Source: Candidatus Helarchaeota ASGARD archaeon Hel_GB_B (GTDB taxonomy: Archaea; Asgardarchaeota; Lokiarchaeia; Helarchaeales; HEL-GB-B). Taken from it: a DNA stretch of 32,000 bases. Positions 1-9,651 of the stretch are shown here, piece after piece. A model generated the notes under the pieces. That model worked only from the letters and a program-made list of their open reading frames with translations. It was not told the origin of the DNA and searched no databases. How positions within the stretch are numbered: position 1 is the first letter of the stretch; each line of letters starts with the position of its first letter. The position numbers and the translations under genes are program-made. Location of the stretch: NCBI GenBank assembly GCA_005191425.1, contig SUPR01000015.1, positions 15,288 to 47,287 of the forward strand, written 5' to 3'.

Positions 1-1
1 C

Positions 2-208
2 ATAGTATATTCGACGTGTTCTATCACTTTAGAAGAAAATGAAGTGATAATTAGAAAATTATTAGAAAAATATTCAGATATAATATTAGACAAACAATCC
101 CCATTTATAGGAATGAAAGGTTTTTTAGGATTAAATGAAACACAAAGATTATTTCCAAATCTACACAAAACTGAAGGATTTTTTATCGCAAAATTAAGAA
201 AAAAGTAG
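2..208 (+). CDS. RsmB/NOP2/Sun family RNA m5C methyltransferase, C-terminal fragment (5' end outside window)
   Basis: Manual translation from base 2: IVYSTCSITLEENEVII...QRLFPNLHKTEGFFIAKLRKK*. YSTCS..EENE (catalytic Cys motif VI) and the terminal GFFIAKLRK are typical of the family. Confidence 0.9.
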   Translation: MVYSTCSITLEENEVIIRKLLEKYSDIILDKQSPFIGMKGFLGLNETQRLFPNLHKTEGFFIAKLRKK

Positions 209-219
209 ACCAAATATAT

Positions 220-570
220 TTATAAAACCTTTTTCTTGTATTTTATTCTATCAATATCTAATTTTACTGATGCATTGAACCCATTAGTAGATTTATTTAT
301 ATTTAGAACTTTAAATTCCTTCTTTATATTATTACACATATTTTCTAAAATTTTATTAAGATTATCTAAATTTCTATCTTTATCAATTAGAGGCTGAGCT
401 ATTTGATAAAATTCATTTTCTTTTTTTAGGTTTATTTTTCCATTGGAATAAAAAGATATTTCTAATCCAGATCCTAATCTACAATGGATAGACCGCATAT
501 TATTTTCCCAAATATATTTAAATATATGGTGTAATTCTTCTTTTGTAAAATATTTTTCAAATTCGTTCAT
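220..570 (-). CDS. hypothetical protein (116 aa)
   Basis: ORF track. Protein-like composition, no recognised motif. Confidence 0.65.
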   Translation of the reverse strand: MNEFEKYFTKEELHHIFKYIWENNMRSIHCRLGSGLEISFYSNGKINLKKENEFYQIAQPLIDKDRNLDNLNKILENMCNNIKKEFKVLNINKSTNGFNASVKLDIDRIKYKKKVL

Positions 571-902
571 TGATCAAATTCCACAAATTTTGTTTTGATT
601 ACAGCCTTAACTTTTTTAGGAAAAACATTTAAAAACTTAATTCAAAATTTTGTGAAATTTTTTACAAATTCAAAAATATATTTAGGAAAAAGCAAAATGT
701 AGAAATTCTTGTTTAAATTGAAAAAATTAATTAAACGCGAATATAAGAAATTTAAATGTGATTTATTTTGAAGATAAATTAGTCGGAAAAAAATTCTAAA
801 AATGTTTAAGAAGTTTCATTAAAAATCAAAATAAGGATATAGGATTAAGGAAATATAAAAAAATTTGATTAAATTTAAAATCAAGACCAAGTTAACAGAA
901 AA

Positions 903-1382
903 ATGAAACTAGAATTTCCATTAATAGGATATGGGACATTAATTTATAAAATGATAGACAAACAGGGAGATATACATACATATGGTGTCTGTATAATCTA
1001 TGATTATATTAGAATATTTCATAAAAAATTAGGATATTGGTACCCATTTGTATTACCAAAAATAGGACATAAATTTAAAGGAATATTATATGATATACGT
1101 TCAAAAGATTTTCTAAATGAATTAGATAGATATGAAGGTGTGCCAGAACTATATCATAGAGTTAAATGTAATGTAAATTATAAAGGTAAGAAAATAGAGT
1201 CGTGGATTTATCGACCAACTGATCGAACTATTGAAAAATTAATTAAAGAAATAGAAAATTTAAAAGAAATAGACAGAAAATCTATTTTTAACGAAGATAT
1301 ATGGCTTAGATATCTGGAATCAGAATTTCCGCATGTTGTTAAAAAATATCCGGAATTATTTATGCCAATAAAATCGTTCTAA
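903..1382 (+). CDS. gamma-glutamylcyclotransferase (GGCT/AIG2-like) family protein
   Basis: GYGTL near the N-terminus, LDRYEGVP.LY.R and WIY motifs. Confidence 0.85.
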   Translation: MKLEFPLIGYGTLIYKMIDKQGDIHTYGVCIIYDYIRIFHKKLGYWYPFVLPKIGHKFKGILYDIRSKDFLNELDRYEGVPELYHRVKCNVNYKGKKIESWIYRPTDRTIEKLIKEIENLKEIDRKSIFNEDIWLRYLESEFPHVVKKYPELFMPIKSF

Positions 1383-3311
1383 TTCTTTTTTTAATTGATT
1401 GGGATCATTTTCCAGAATTATCATTTTTTCACTTATCCAATTAGCTAAGAATCGTCTAAAATATCTAGTTGCATACCTATAATCCATTAAAATAATGACA
1501 CCTCGGTCATCTAAAGTCCTGATAGGTCTCCCTGCTGCTTGGTTTGCTCTTCGTAAAGCTGGTACATTATAAGATAAATCTTTTCCTTTTTCCTTACCCC
1601 AAATTTTATTATAATAATCAATTGCGGCTTGGACTCTAACGCTGGGCCTTGCAAAAGGGATTCCGCAAACGATTACTGTATTCATATAATCTCCGGGAAA
1701 ATCTTCACCTTCAGCATTTCTACCGCCACAAACACCTAATAATACTCCGCCCGCTTTTTTTGACTGATTTTTAAAATTTTTTATCATATTGTCGTTTTCT
1801 TTAGAAGTCATTGCAGGATTTTCAATATATATCTTTTTATTAGTTTTAATTTTTTCTATGCCTGCTTTTCTTAGACCTCTTAAAATATCATAAGATGCAG
1901 CAAATATTCCAATATTTTTCGGAGTATATTCTATCGCTATTTTTATGTGTTCAAGCATCTGTTTATACATGTCCAATGATCTGGATGTGCCTTTACTTGT
2001 GATACCTTTTAAAGCAAAGACTTTCATATTTTCACTACTCCAGAGAGATGGTAAGGTAAATTTTATTGTTGAATCTGGTAAACCAATTGAGTCTACATAA
2101 GCATCAGGGTTAATTGTCCCGGACATGTGCAATGATCCTTCAATTTCGTTAAATATATTCTTTAAAATTTCTCTGGGGTCTAAAGACAATATTTCTAAGG
2201 CGACATACTTTTCATTTTGTTTAGTCCTATATTTTGATGCAATAAAAAAATAACTGGGGTTATCTATCACATTATACCAGTTTATAAAGAAATTTCCAAC
2301 CGAATAAATGTAAGAGTAAGGGGCTTTTCCTTCCTTAACTTTCAATTCTCTAATTTCTTTGCCTATTTCGATCATATTATTAAAAAAATTTTTATTTATT
2401 TTACATGATTTTTCCATTTTTTTTAAAATATACTTCGGAATAATTGCTAACTCTTCAAAATCCTTTTTCTTAAATTCATCGAAAATATTTTTTAATGAAA
2501 TACTGAAATCGTAAAACATTTCCTTTTTATATGCCTCTATTTCCTTGATTAGACTTTTAACGCTAAATTCAGTTAGTCTAATCGACCCAATTTCTGTTGC
2601 AATATCAGGCAGATTATGTGCTTCGTCAATTATTAAAATTAAGTCATTTAAAGAAACATTTAACATCTCAAGAAATCTTTTTCTAATAAAAGGATTGAAT
2701 ATCCATTGATAATTACATGCAACTAAGTCTACTTTAGATAACGCAATTCTGCTAATCATATAAGGGCATAAATTATGGTCTTTACAAATTGCAACTAACT
2801 GAGCTCCGTCCATAGGTTCTAAATGCAATATAGATAATAGAAAATCCACCCTTTCAGGTTTCCTAATGATATTAGTATAATATAGACATTTATTTCCCTT
2901 TCTTAATTCAGTACACATTAATTGCGCTAAATTAGGGTCTTTTAGCTTTACTACTAAAGGATGAAAACACATGGTATTTCTTCCGCGTAGCCCGATCCCA
3001 CTTAATTGTATATCCAAGTTATTCTTTTTTAATTCTGAGTTTATTTTTATTAATTCATCAATAACTCTCTGGATTTGCGTATGAGTCCTACAAAGATAAA
3101 TTACTTTTTTATTTTTATCTTTAATTAATGGTAATACTGACACCAAACTTAATATAGTCTTACCGTATCCATTTGGTGCTGAAATTACAATATGCCTTTT
3201 TGATTCTAGCAATTCAGTATATATTTTATTAATTACATAATCCTGCTTTAAACGTACTTCTTTATATGGAAAATATGGCCTAATATTTTCTAATAATCTA
3301 GAAATCGACAT
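1356..3311 (-). CDS. xpd: XPD/Rad3-family Fe-S DNA helicase
   Basis: Walker A APNGYGKT, DEAHN, Fe-S cysteines (MCFH, CTELRKGNKC, LCPY), SGT, EGEDF, QAAGRPIR...DDRG helicase motifs. Confidence 0.95.
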   Translation of the reverse strand: MSISRLLENIRPYFPYKEVRLKQDYVINKIYTELLESKRHIVISAPNGYGKTILSLVSVLPLIKDKNKKVIYLCRTHTQIQRVIDELIKINSELKKNNLDIQLSGIGLRGRNTMCFHPLVVKLKDPNLAQLMCTELRKGNKCLYYTNIIRKPERVDFLLSILHLEPMDGAQLVAICKDHNLCPYMISRIALSKVDLVACNYQWIFNPFIRKRFLEMLNVSLNDLILIIDEAHNLPDIATEIGSIRLTEFSVKSLIKEIEAYKKEMFYDFSISLKNIFDEFKKKDFEELAIIPKYILKKMEKSCKINKNFFNNMIEIGKEIRELKVKEGKAPYSYIYSVGNFFINWYNVIDNPSYFFIASKYRTKQNEKYVALEILSLDPREILKNIFNEIEGSLHMSGTINPDAYVDSIGLPDSTIKFTLPSLWSSENMKVFALKGITSKGTSRSLDMYKQMLEHIKIAIEYTPKNIGIFAASYDILRGLRKAGIEKIKTNKKIYIENPAMTSKENDNMIKNFKNQSKKAGGVLLGVCGGRNAEGEDFPGDYMNTVIVCGIPFARPSVRVQAAIDYYNKIWGKEKGKDLSYNVPALRRANQAAGRPIRTLDDRGVIILMDYRYATRYFRRFLANWISEKMIILENDPNQLKKELERFYWHK

Positions 3312-3523
3312 TATTAATACTCTATTTTTAAGTTGGAAAATAAAAATTTTAAATTTTTTTCAAAAAAATAGAATCATTATTTACTAAAAATTATTCTTAT
3401 TTTTGAAACAAACTTTATCTAATTTGAAAAATAAAATAAAAAAAAGTAATAAGTGAATTAATAGGAAGATCCCAGAACTCTGTTTTCAATTTTTTGCTGA
3501 AATATATTTTTAATCATTAAATT

Positions 3524-3738
3524 AATCCGAGGTAGATGAAATTATTCTATATACAGGAAACATTGTAAATATTTTTTTGATAATCATGAATTTATGTTTC
3601 TTCCTTGGATTTTTAATTAAATTTGGTCAAACTTTTCTAATTGTATATTTAGAAGTTAAATTTTTAAACTACTCGAATTGGAAAATCGCATTAATGATAA
3701 TAGAAAATCCGCAATTGTTCCAGAACATTATTCAATAA
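3524..3738 (+). pseudogene. possible decayed membrane-protein gene remnant
   Basis: AATCCGAGGTAGATGAAA (3524-3541) nearly duplicates the start context of the 4111 gene (4098-4116). The ATG at 3536 stops after 10 codons, while an adjacent frame is open 3526-3738 and hydrophobic. Confidence 0.25.
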
Positions 3739-4110
3739 ACTTTTCATATTTTTTAAAAATTCGGTCGAATTTATGTTTTTTTAAAGAATACTTAAAATCC
3801 GACTCAAATTATCTTTTTCTTAAAAAAATAGCTTATTTATAAATAAAATTTTGCGCATCTTACCTTATACACTAAGAATTTAAAAAATTTGGTCATCAAA
3901 ACTTAATATTGAAACGGAACTAACTAAAATTTGCAAAAATATAATCTTTTCAGCAAATTATATATTAAATATTATTAGAAAATTTGAAAAAAACCTAAAA
4001 AATTCCTTTTTTTCCTTGTGTTGAAATTTTGTGGAGTTTTTATAGTTACCTTCTATTTAAAAAAATAGACTTTAAAGCCGAATTAAAATGAAAGTCGAAT
4101 CCGAGGTTAG

Positions 4111-4779
4111 ATGAAAATGTTTGATGTTTTTTATATTTTAACAGCATTTTTTAAAATATTATGTTATTCGATTATCGGAATTTATTTACTAAAACAATGG
4201 ATCAGATTGGAAAAGAAATATGCAAGTGATTTGCCTTTTTTAATGGGAATTGCTGTATTATTTTTGATTCCGGGTACTATTATAGATATTACAGTAATGA
4301 CAAATTCAATTGGGCCATGTTTATTATACAACTTTAGGTATTCATTGGACTTAATTGGTTCACAATTAATTTTTGGGGCAATACTTTCTGTTTGGATGTC
4401 AGGTAAAGTAAAATTACGGTATAGTATAGTAATAAGTACATCAATCTTGTTTACGATAATATTCTTACTAATGCCTACAGATATTTTACTTCTAGATATA
4501 ACATCTGCGATGATCACTTTACCAACTTTACTCAGTTTAATTATTACATTTATGTTTACATATTTCACTAAAAGATTGACCAATGTACACGGACTATTAA
4601 TTAGTATAGCTACATTAACAGTAATAGCAGCCTCAATTATACGCCCATTTCTTAAAATTACTGCTGTTTCACCAATTATGCCCTATGGACTCTCTTGGAT
4701 TACTAATCTGATATTAATAAGCGGCTGGCTTATAATGTATTATGGATTGATATCAAAACCGGGCTATATAAACGCTTAA
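4111..4779 (+). CDS. stand-alone 7-transmembrane protein
   Basis: Seven hydrophobic segments in 222 aa; SD-like GAGGT just upstream. Confidence 0.8.
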   Translation: MKMFDVFYILTAFFKILCYSIIGIYLLKQWIRLEKKYASDLPFLMGIAVLFLIPGTIIDITVMTNSIGPCLLYNFRYSLDLIGSQLIFGAILSVWMSGKVKLRYSIVISTSILFTIIFLLMPTDILLLDITSAMITLPTLLSLIITFMFTYFTKRLTNVHGLLISIATLTVIAASIIRPFLKITAVSPIMPYGLSWITNLILISGWLIMYYGLISKPGYINA

Positions 4780-4849
4780 TCAAAAATTCTTGAATTTTTT
4801 TTATTTTTCTATAAACATTTTTATTTATAGTAGTTTTAAATCTTGAATA

Positions 4850-6076
4850 ATGAAAACGTTTAAATTTTTAGGAAGTTGTGATACACTTGTAGCATTAGGA
4901 AGTGCAACAACTGATGGGACAGTTATTTTTGGTAAAAATTCGGATCGCCCAGATGATGAAGCTCAGAATTTGGTACATGTCCCACGAAGATCAAATTTAA
5001 AAGACCAGAAGGTAAAATGTACATATATTACGATCCCACAAGTATCCGAGACATATGAGATATTAATTTGTCAGCCATCGTGGATATGGGGAGCAGAAAT
5101 GGGAGTTAATGAGTGGGGAGTTTGTATTGGTAATGAAGCGGTTTGGACTATAGAGAACTACAATTCTTTGGGGCTACTTGGAATGGATTTACTTCGACTT
5201 GGGCTGGAAAGAGGAAAAAGTGCAAAGAATGCGTTAGAAGTTATAATTTCTTTGCTTGAGGAATTTGGGCAGGGGGGTTCTTGTTCTGAGGACGGTAATA
5301 TGAACTATCACAATTCGTTTCTAATTGCAGATGCAAAAGAGGCGTGGATTCTTGAGACGGCAGGAAAATGGTGGGTTGCAGAACAAATAAAAGACGGTAT
5401 TAGGTCTATTTCGAACTCCTTATCTATAAGGAATAAAGGCACCTTACAAAAAAAAGGAATAATAGAATATGCAGTCTCGCGAAATTTAATTAAAGATGAT
5501 GACGATTTTGATTTTGCAAAAATATTTTCTGAAGGGTATATATCTGATGAACCAGCGCCATACTCAAGAGAAGGAAGGGCTATTCAATTATTAAAACAAA
5601 ATAAGGGAAATATTGATGAAAAAATGATGATGAATTTTTTGCGGGATCATAAAGCAGGAATTTGCATGCATGGTGGATTTACTTCTACTGCCAGTCAAGT
5701 GTCTAAAATATATGATGATGGTACCTCAGTTAATTGGTTTACAAATGCTTCGAACCCATGTTTAAACTTTTATAAACCATTTATCTTTCCTTATAATGGG
5801 AAAAATACGATTGATTCAGGGCCTTATTCTAAAATTAATCCCAATTGGAATTGGTCAAGGTTCGAGAAATTCAAGCAAAATCTTTCAAGATTATCGGATA
5901 ATACTAAGCAGAAATATTATAATGAAATTAACCAAATAGAAAATAAACTAATAGCAGAAATGAACAATTTAAAAAATGAGATGAGAATAAGAAAAAACGA
6001 ATATATCAAAAAATCCTCTGAGGTTTCTGAAAAAGCATGGGAATTTATGGAGAAAATTTATCAATCCTATGGATAA
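4850..6076 (+). CDS. secernin / peptidase C69 family Ntn hydrolase
   Basis: SCDT nucleophile near the N-terminus, FGKNSDRP.DE.Q, WGAEMGVNEWGVCIGNEAV, GMDLLRLGLER, YHNSFLIAD..EAWILET. Confidence 0.93.
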   Translation: MKTFKFLGSCDTLVALGSATTDGTVIFGKNSDRPDDEAQNLVHVPRRSNLKDQKVKCTYITIPQVSETYEILICQPSWIWGAEMGVNEWGVCIGNEAVWTIENYNSLGLLGMDLLRLGLERGKSAKNALEVIISLLEEFGQGGSCSEDGNMNYHNSFLIADAKEAWILETAGKWWVAEQIKDGIRSISNSLSIRNKGTLQKKGIIEYAVSRNLIKDDDDFDFAKIFSEGYISDEPAPYSREGRAIQLLKQNKGNIDEKMMMNFLRDHKAGICMHGGFTSTASQVSKIYDDGTSVNWFTNASNPCLNFYKPFIFPYNGKNTIDSGPYSKINPNWNWSRFEKFKQNLSRLSDNTKQKYYNEINQIENKLIAEMNNLKNEMRIRKNEYIKKSSEVSEKAWEFMEKIYQSYG

Positions 6077-6083
6077 AAGGGAC

Positions 6084-7538
6084 TTAATTTTCCAAGATTT
6101 TTTGAAATATTGAAAAATTTTTAAAATCTTTTATGATAAAACCAATTTCCTTAATTTTATCCCTAATTTTATCAGCTAGTTTATAATTCTTTTCATTTCT
6201 TGCTTGATATCTTATTTCCATTAAAATACTAAGTAATTCAAATATCTTTTTATCTTCTTTTGTAGGATATTTGTAAGTTAAAAATAGACCAAGAATTTCT
6301 CCAAAGTCTAGGATCAATTTATTTGCTTTACCAATAAATTCTTTACTGAAAAAAGTTATATTCGCCATATTTTTGTTTATGAATTTGACTAATTCTAATA
6401 ATGCAATCATTGCATTGTGGGTATTAAAGTCATTGTCCATCGCAATAATAAAATCTTTTTCAATTTTGTCTAATAATTCTTTTTCTTCTTTTTTTATGGG
6501 TAAGACTATTTCTTTATCATTAATATTGGTAATAATATTTTGATATTGATTTAAAAAATCTAATGTAAGATAAAATTTGTCCAATGTTCTTTTTGCCACG
6601 CGTACTTGGTCTTCATTAAAATTGATTGGATTTCTGTAATGAACAGATACCAGTAAAAAACGCAATAATTCGGGAGGATATTTTTTAAGTGCATCACGAA
6701 TTGTTATGAAATTTCCAAGTGATTTGGACATTTTTTCACTATCAATATTTACAAATCCATTATGGAGCCAATATTTTACAAAAGGCTTTTTACCAGAATA
6801 TGCTTCACTTTGTGCTATTTCGTTTTGATGATGTGGAAAGATTAAATCCTGTCCACCGCCGTGAATGTCTATATTTTCTCCTAGATATTTCATACACATG
6901 GTTGAACATTCAATATGCCAGCCAGGTCTGCCTTCACCCCAAGGAGATTTCCAAGATGGTTCTCCCTCTTTTTTCTTTTTCCATAATGCAAAATCTTTTT
7001 TATGTCTTTTTTCGCCAATATAAATTTTACACATTGTACCTTTTGAATAATTATCGTCTTTCAGTGTAAATCCAGCTAATTTACCATATTCATCATATTT
7101 TGTTGTATCAAAATAAATATTTCCATCAATATTATAAGCATAACCTTTTTCCAAAAGTACATTTATAACATCGATCATGTCAGGAATAATTGCAGTTGCC
7201 CTAGGATGGTAAACTGCTTTTCTTATATTTAATGGGTGTGTATCCTCAAAATAAGCATCGATAAATTTTTCAGCCAGTTCATGAACAGCCACATTTTCTT
7301 CTTTAGCCCGATTTATCATTTTATCATCAATATCAGTAAAATTCTGGACATAAATTACTTTATAACCTTTAAATTCAAGGTATCTTCTTATCGTATCAAA
7401 AGAAATTAATGATCTTGCATGTCCAATATGGCAATAATCATAGACAGTAGGCCCACAAACATACATTTTAACAATTTTATCTTCAATAGGTTTAAATTTT
7501 TCTTTTTTCTTAGTTAATGTATTATAAACTTTTAACAC
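6084..7538 (-). CDS. cysS: cysteine--tRNA ligase
   Basis: CGPTVY, HIGH, NFTDIDDK, GRPGWHIECS, DLIFPHH.NE, KMSKS. Confidence 0.98.
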   Translation of the reverse strand: MLKVYNTLTKKKEKFKPIEDKIVKMYVCGPTVYDYCHIGHARSLISFDTIRRYLEFKGYKVIYVQNFTDIDDKMINRAKEENVAVHELAEKFIDAYFEDTHPLNIRKAVYHPRATAIIPDMIDVINVLLEKGYAYNIDGNIYFDTTKYDEYGKLAGFTLKDDNYSKGTMCKIYIGEKRHKKDFALWKKKKEGEPSWKSPWGEGRPGWHIECSTMCMKYLGENIDIHGGGQDLIFPHHQNEIAQSEAYSGKKPFVKYWLHNGFVNIDSEKMSKSLGNFITIRDALKKYPPELLRFLLVSVHYRNPINFNEDQVRVAKRTLDKFYLTLDFLNQYQNIITNINDKEIVLPIKKEEKELLDKIEKDFIIAMDNDFNTHNAMIALLELVKFINKNMANITFFSKEFIGKANKLILDFGEILGLFLTYKYPTKEDKKIFELLSILMEIRYQARNEKNYKLADKIRDKIKEIGFIIKDFKNFSIFQKILEN

Positions 7539-7813
7539 TTTTATTCACATAAGAATTTATCAAATTTTATTAACTTTATAAAGAACGCAGTAGATTGAAT
7601 AACTTAAAAAATTGATTATATTTCGGTTTATTTTAATTGTTTAGTATAAGTTTAGTTTTTTCGTTGAAAATTCTAAATATAATTAGATTTTAAATTTATT
7701 TCAGATTGATTATGAAAAAGACCATTACAATTAAATCTAGCGAGAATCTATAAAAAAAGGTAATATCAAAAGTTGGTTTTAAAAAAATCAATAATAATAG
7801 AAAATTTTCTCGA

Positions 7814-8113
7814 TTAAAACTTTTTTATCTCCATTTGTTTTTGAATTTCGTCCACTAAAGGTTTTAATTTTTCTGGGATATTTAATGTACTAAATGAAAT
7901 CATGTGTGATTTGTCCTCTTGTTCAACTGTGATATAAATTTGCTCCACATCGGGCATGGGTTGTTCATCTTTGAGTTGTAGATTAAAAAAGTCCGCATTA
8001 GTTATAATATCCTGGAAAAAATCAGCTGTATCTTTAGGTATTTTATCAGTATCTATATTTGCTTCCTTAACTATGCCTGCAAAACCGCCACTTTGAATAA
8101 ATTTAATTTTCAT
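7814..8113 (-). CDS. emfourin (protealysin inhibitor) family protein
   Basis: N-terminal SGGFAG motif, 99 aa, lies 12 bp downstream of an M4 protease. Confidence 0.88.
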   Translation of the reverse strand: MKIKFIQSGGFAGIVKEANIDTDKIPKDTADFFQDIITNADFFNLQLKDEQPMPDVEQIYITVEQEDKSHMISFSTLNIPEKLKPLVDEIQKQMEIKKF

Positions 8114-8125
8114 TTATAAAACCCT

Positions 8126-9190
8126 TTAAATAACCATTACTTCCTTCCAACCTTTAATGACAGCCTCTCTTTCTTGTTCACCCATTTCTTCTGCTATTTC
8201 TATTGAGAGTTTGGCGGCACGTTCAAAATTTGCATTACTATCTAACTTCTGCAACAATTTATACCAAATTAGCCCCACTTTTTCCCATGCATAACCGCCC
8301 AATTCCATTGCAGCTACATAAAAAGCATGGTTCGGAATGCCACAATTTACATGGACACCACCGTTATCTTGATAAATTTCTAAATCTTTATATTTGTCCA
8401 TTGTAGAAGGCTGAGGGTCGGTACCCAATTGAGGATGATTAACATAAGCGGTACCCGGACTTTTAAGTGATCTTATCGCATATTTTTCGCCTATCAATAA
8501 ATTTGCACCTATTAACCAATCAGCTTGGTCTACAGTCTGATTAAGTTTAAACTGCTTGATCATTGACCCAAATATATCTGAAAAAGATTCATTTAAAGCA
8601 CCACTTTGAAATCTATAGATTAGAGCGCATTCATGTTGTGTCACGCCATGTGTTAATTCATGCCCAACTACATCAAGGTCTAAAGTAAATCTATTAAAGA
8701 TTTTACCATCCCCATCACCAAAAACCATCTGCCAACCATTCCAAAATGCATTATTATAGTGATCACCATAATGTACAGAAGCATCTAATCTCATTCCTTT
8801 GTTATCAATTGAATTTCTTTTAAATATAGTATTGTAGAAATCATATGTATCCCCCAAATATTCATAAGCTTCATCGACTTCTTTATCATTAGATAATTTA
8901 TCACCTTCTTTTCTGACTAAAATACCAGGTAAATGTTGCGAGTTTTGTGAATCATAAATATGTCTGATCTTTTTCTTAACAATTTTAACAGGCTTGATTT
9001 TTAATTCTTCCATTAAAAGGTCCCGTTCTTTTTTATGAATAAACCTGACAGATCTTATAAAGTTGTCAATTTTAAATGATAATAAAGCCATTTTACGAAT
9101 TTTACTATCTTTACTCTCTAAGAGTTTGTCTATCATATATGGAGGAATTATTCTACAAAAATCATCATGACAAAAATATTTTTCAATCAT
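8126..9190 (-). CDS. protealysin-like M4 metallopeptidase
   Basis: Short propeptide with IIPPY motif, NAFWNG.QMVFGDGDG, HELTH, GALNESFSD, DNGGVH.N.GIPN. Confidence 0.95.
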   Translation of the reverse strand: MIEKYFCHDDFCRIIPPYMIDKLLESKDSKIRKMALLSFKIDNFIRSVRFIHKKERDLLMEELKIKPVKIVKKKIRHIYDSQNSQHLPGILVRKEGDKLSNDKEVDEAYEYLGDTYDFYNTIFKRNSIDNKGMRLDASVHYGDHYNNAFWNGWQMVFGDGDGKIFNRFTLDLDVVGHELTHGVTQHECALIYRFQSGALNESFSDIFGSMIKQFKLNQTVDQADWLIGANLLIGEKYAIRSLKSPGTAYVNHPQLGTDPQPSTMDKYKDLEIYQDNGGVHVNCGIPNHAFYVAAMELGGYAWEKVGLIWYKLLQKLDSNANFERAAKLSIEIAEEMGEQEREAVIKGWKEVMVI

Positions 9191-9374
9191 TTTTTTCCCT
9201 TTTTTCTAAATTTTGTTAGTAATAAACATTTGTAAATTTATTTATCGATTTTGGATTAAAAAATGTTTATAAAAAGTTTTTAGAGAATTAATTTCTCAAT
9301 AAATTATCTTGAGAAAAAAAGGATATTTTTTAAAGGTTCGGATAAAAATTAAAAAGGATTTAAGTGAAAAAGTA

Positions 9375-9479
9375 AGCTGGTGGTGAGATTCGCACTCACG
9401 TCCACGGCTATCTGAAAAACTGCAGGCCGCTACCTAGCTATAAGTCTACTTATTGAGAAGATTTCTCGGTTACACCAGC
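9375..9479 (-). tRNA. trnC: tRNA-Cys(GCA) with a 10-nt intron at 37/38 (9410-9419) and a ~22-24-nt D-loop insertion (~9440-9463)
   Basis: Reverse complement gives acceptor stem GCTGGTG/CACCAGC with U73, D-stem ACC/GGT, anticodon stem GCGGC/GCCGT, anticodon GCA at 9423-9421 and T-stem GTGAG/CTCAC. The anticodon loop becomes CTGCAGA after removing TTTTTCAGAT. CCA is not encoded. Confidence 0.9.
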
Positions 9480-9651
9480 ATATATTAGGAAGTTTGTGGA
9501 ATTTTACTTAATTAAATTAATTACTATTTAATAATAATTAATACATTTATCTAATTAAAATTTTAAGGAAATTTAGATATAAATAAATTATTAATAGTTC
9601 TAATGTTAGATTGAATTAGAATTATTTATTTTTAAGATATAAAAATAGAGA

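Noticed and set aside
650-667. TTGTGAA-ATTT-TTTACAA, one mismatch from the bacterial Rex box
   Set aside because: Extremely AT-rich context makes a chance match plausible; there is no Rex gene in the window and the neighbouring genes are not redox genes.
4182-4583. 133-aa minus-strand ORF
   Set aside because: Antisense shadow of the 7TM gene.
4111-4779. Rhodopsin call for the 7TM protein
   Set aside because: No retinal-binding Lys in TM7.
6719-7069. 116-aa plus-strand ORF
   Set aside because: Antisense within cysS, with no motifs.
7539-7813. Possible attachment-site duplicate of the tRNA 3' end
   Set aside because: No copy of GCTGGTGGTGAGATTCG was seen and there is no integrase in the window.
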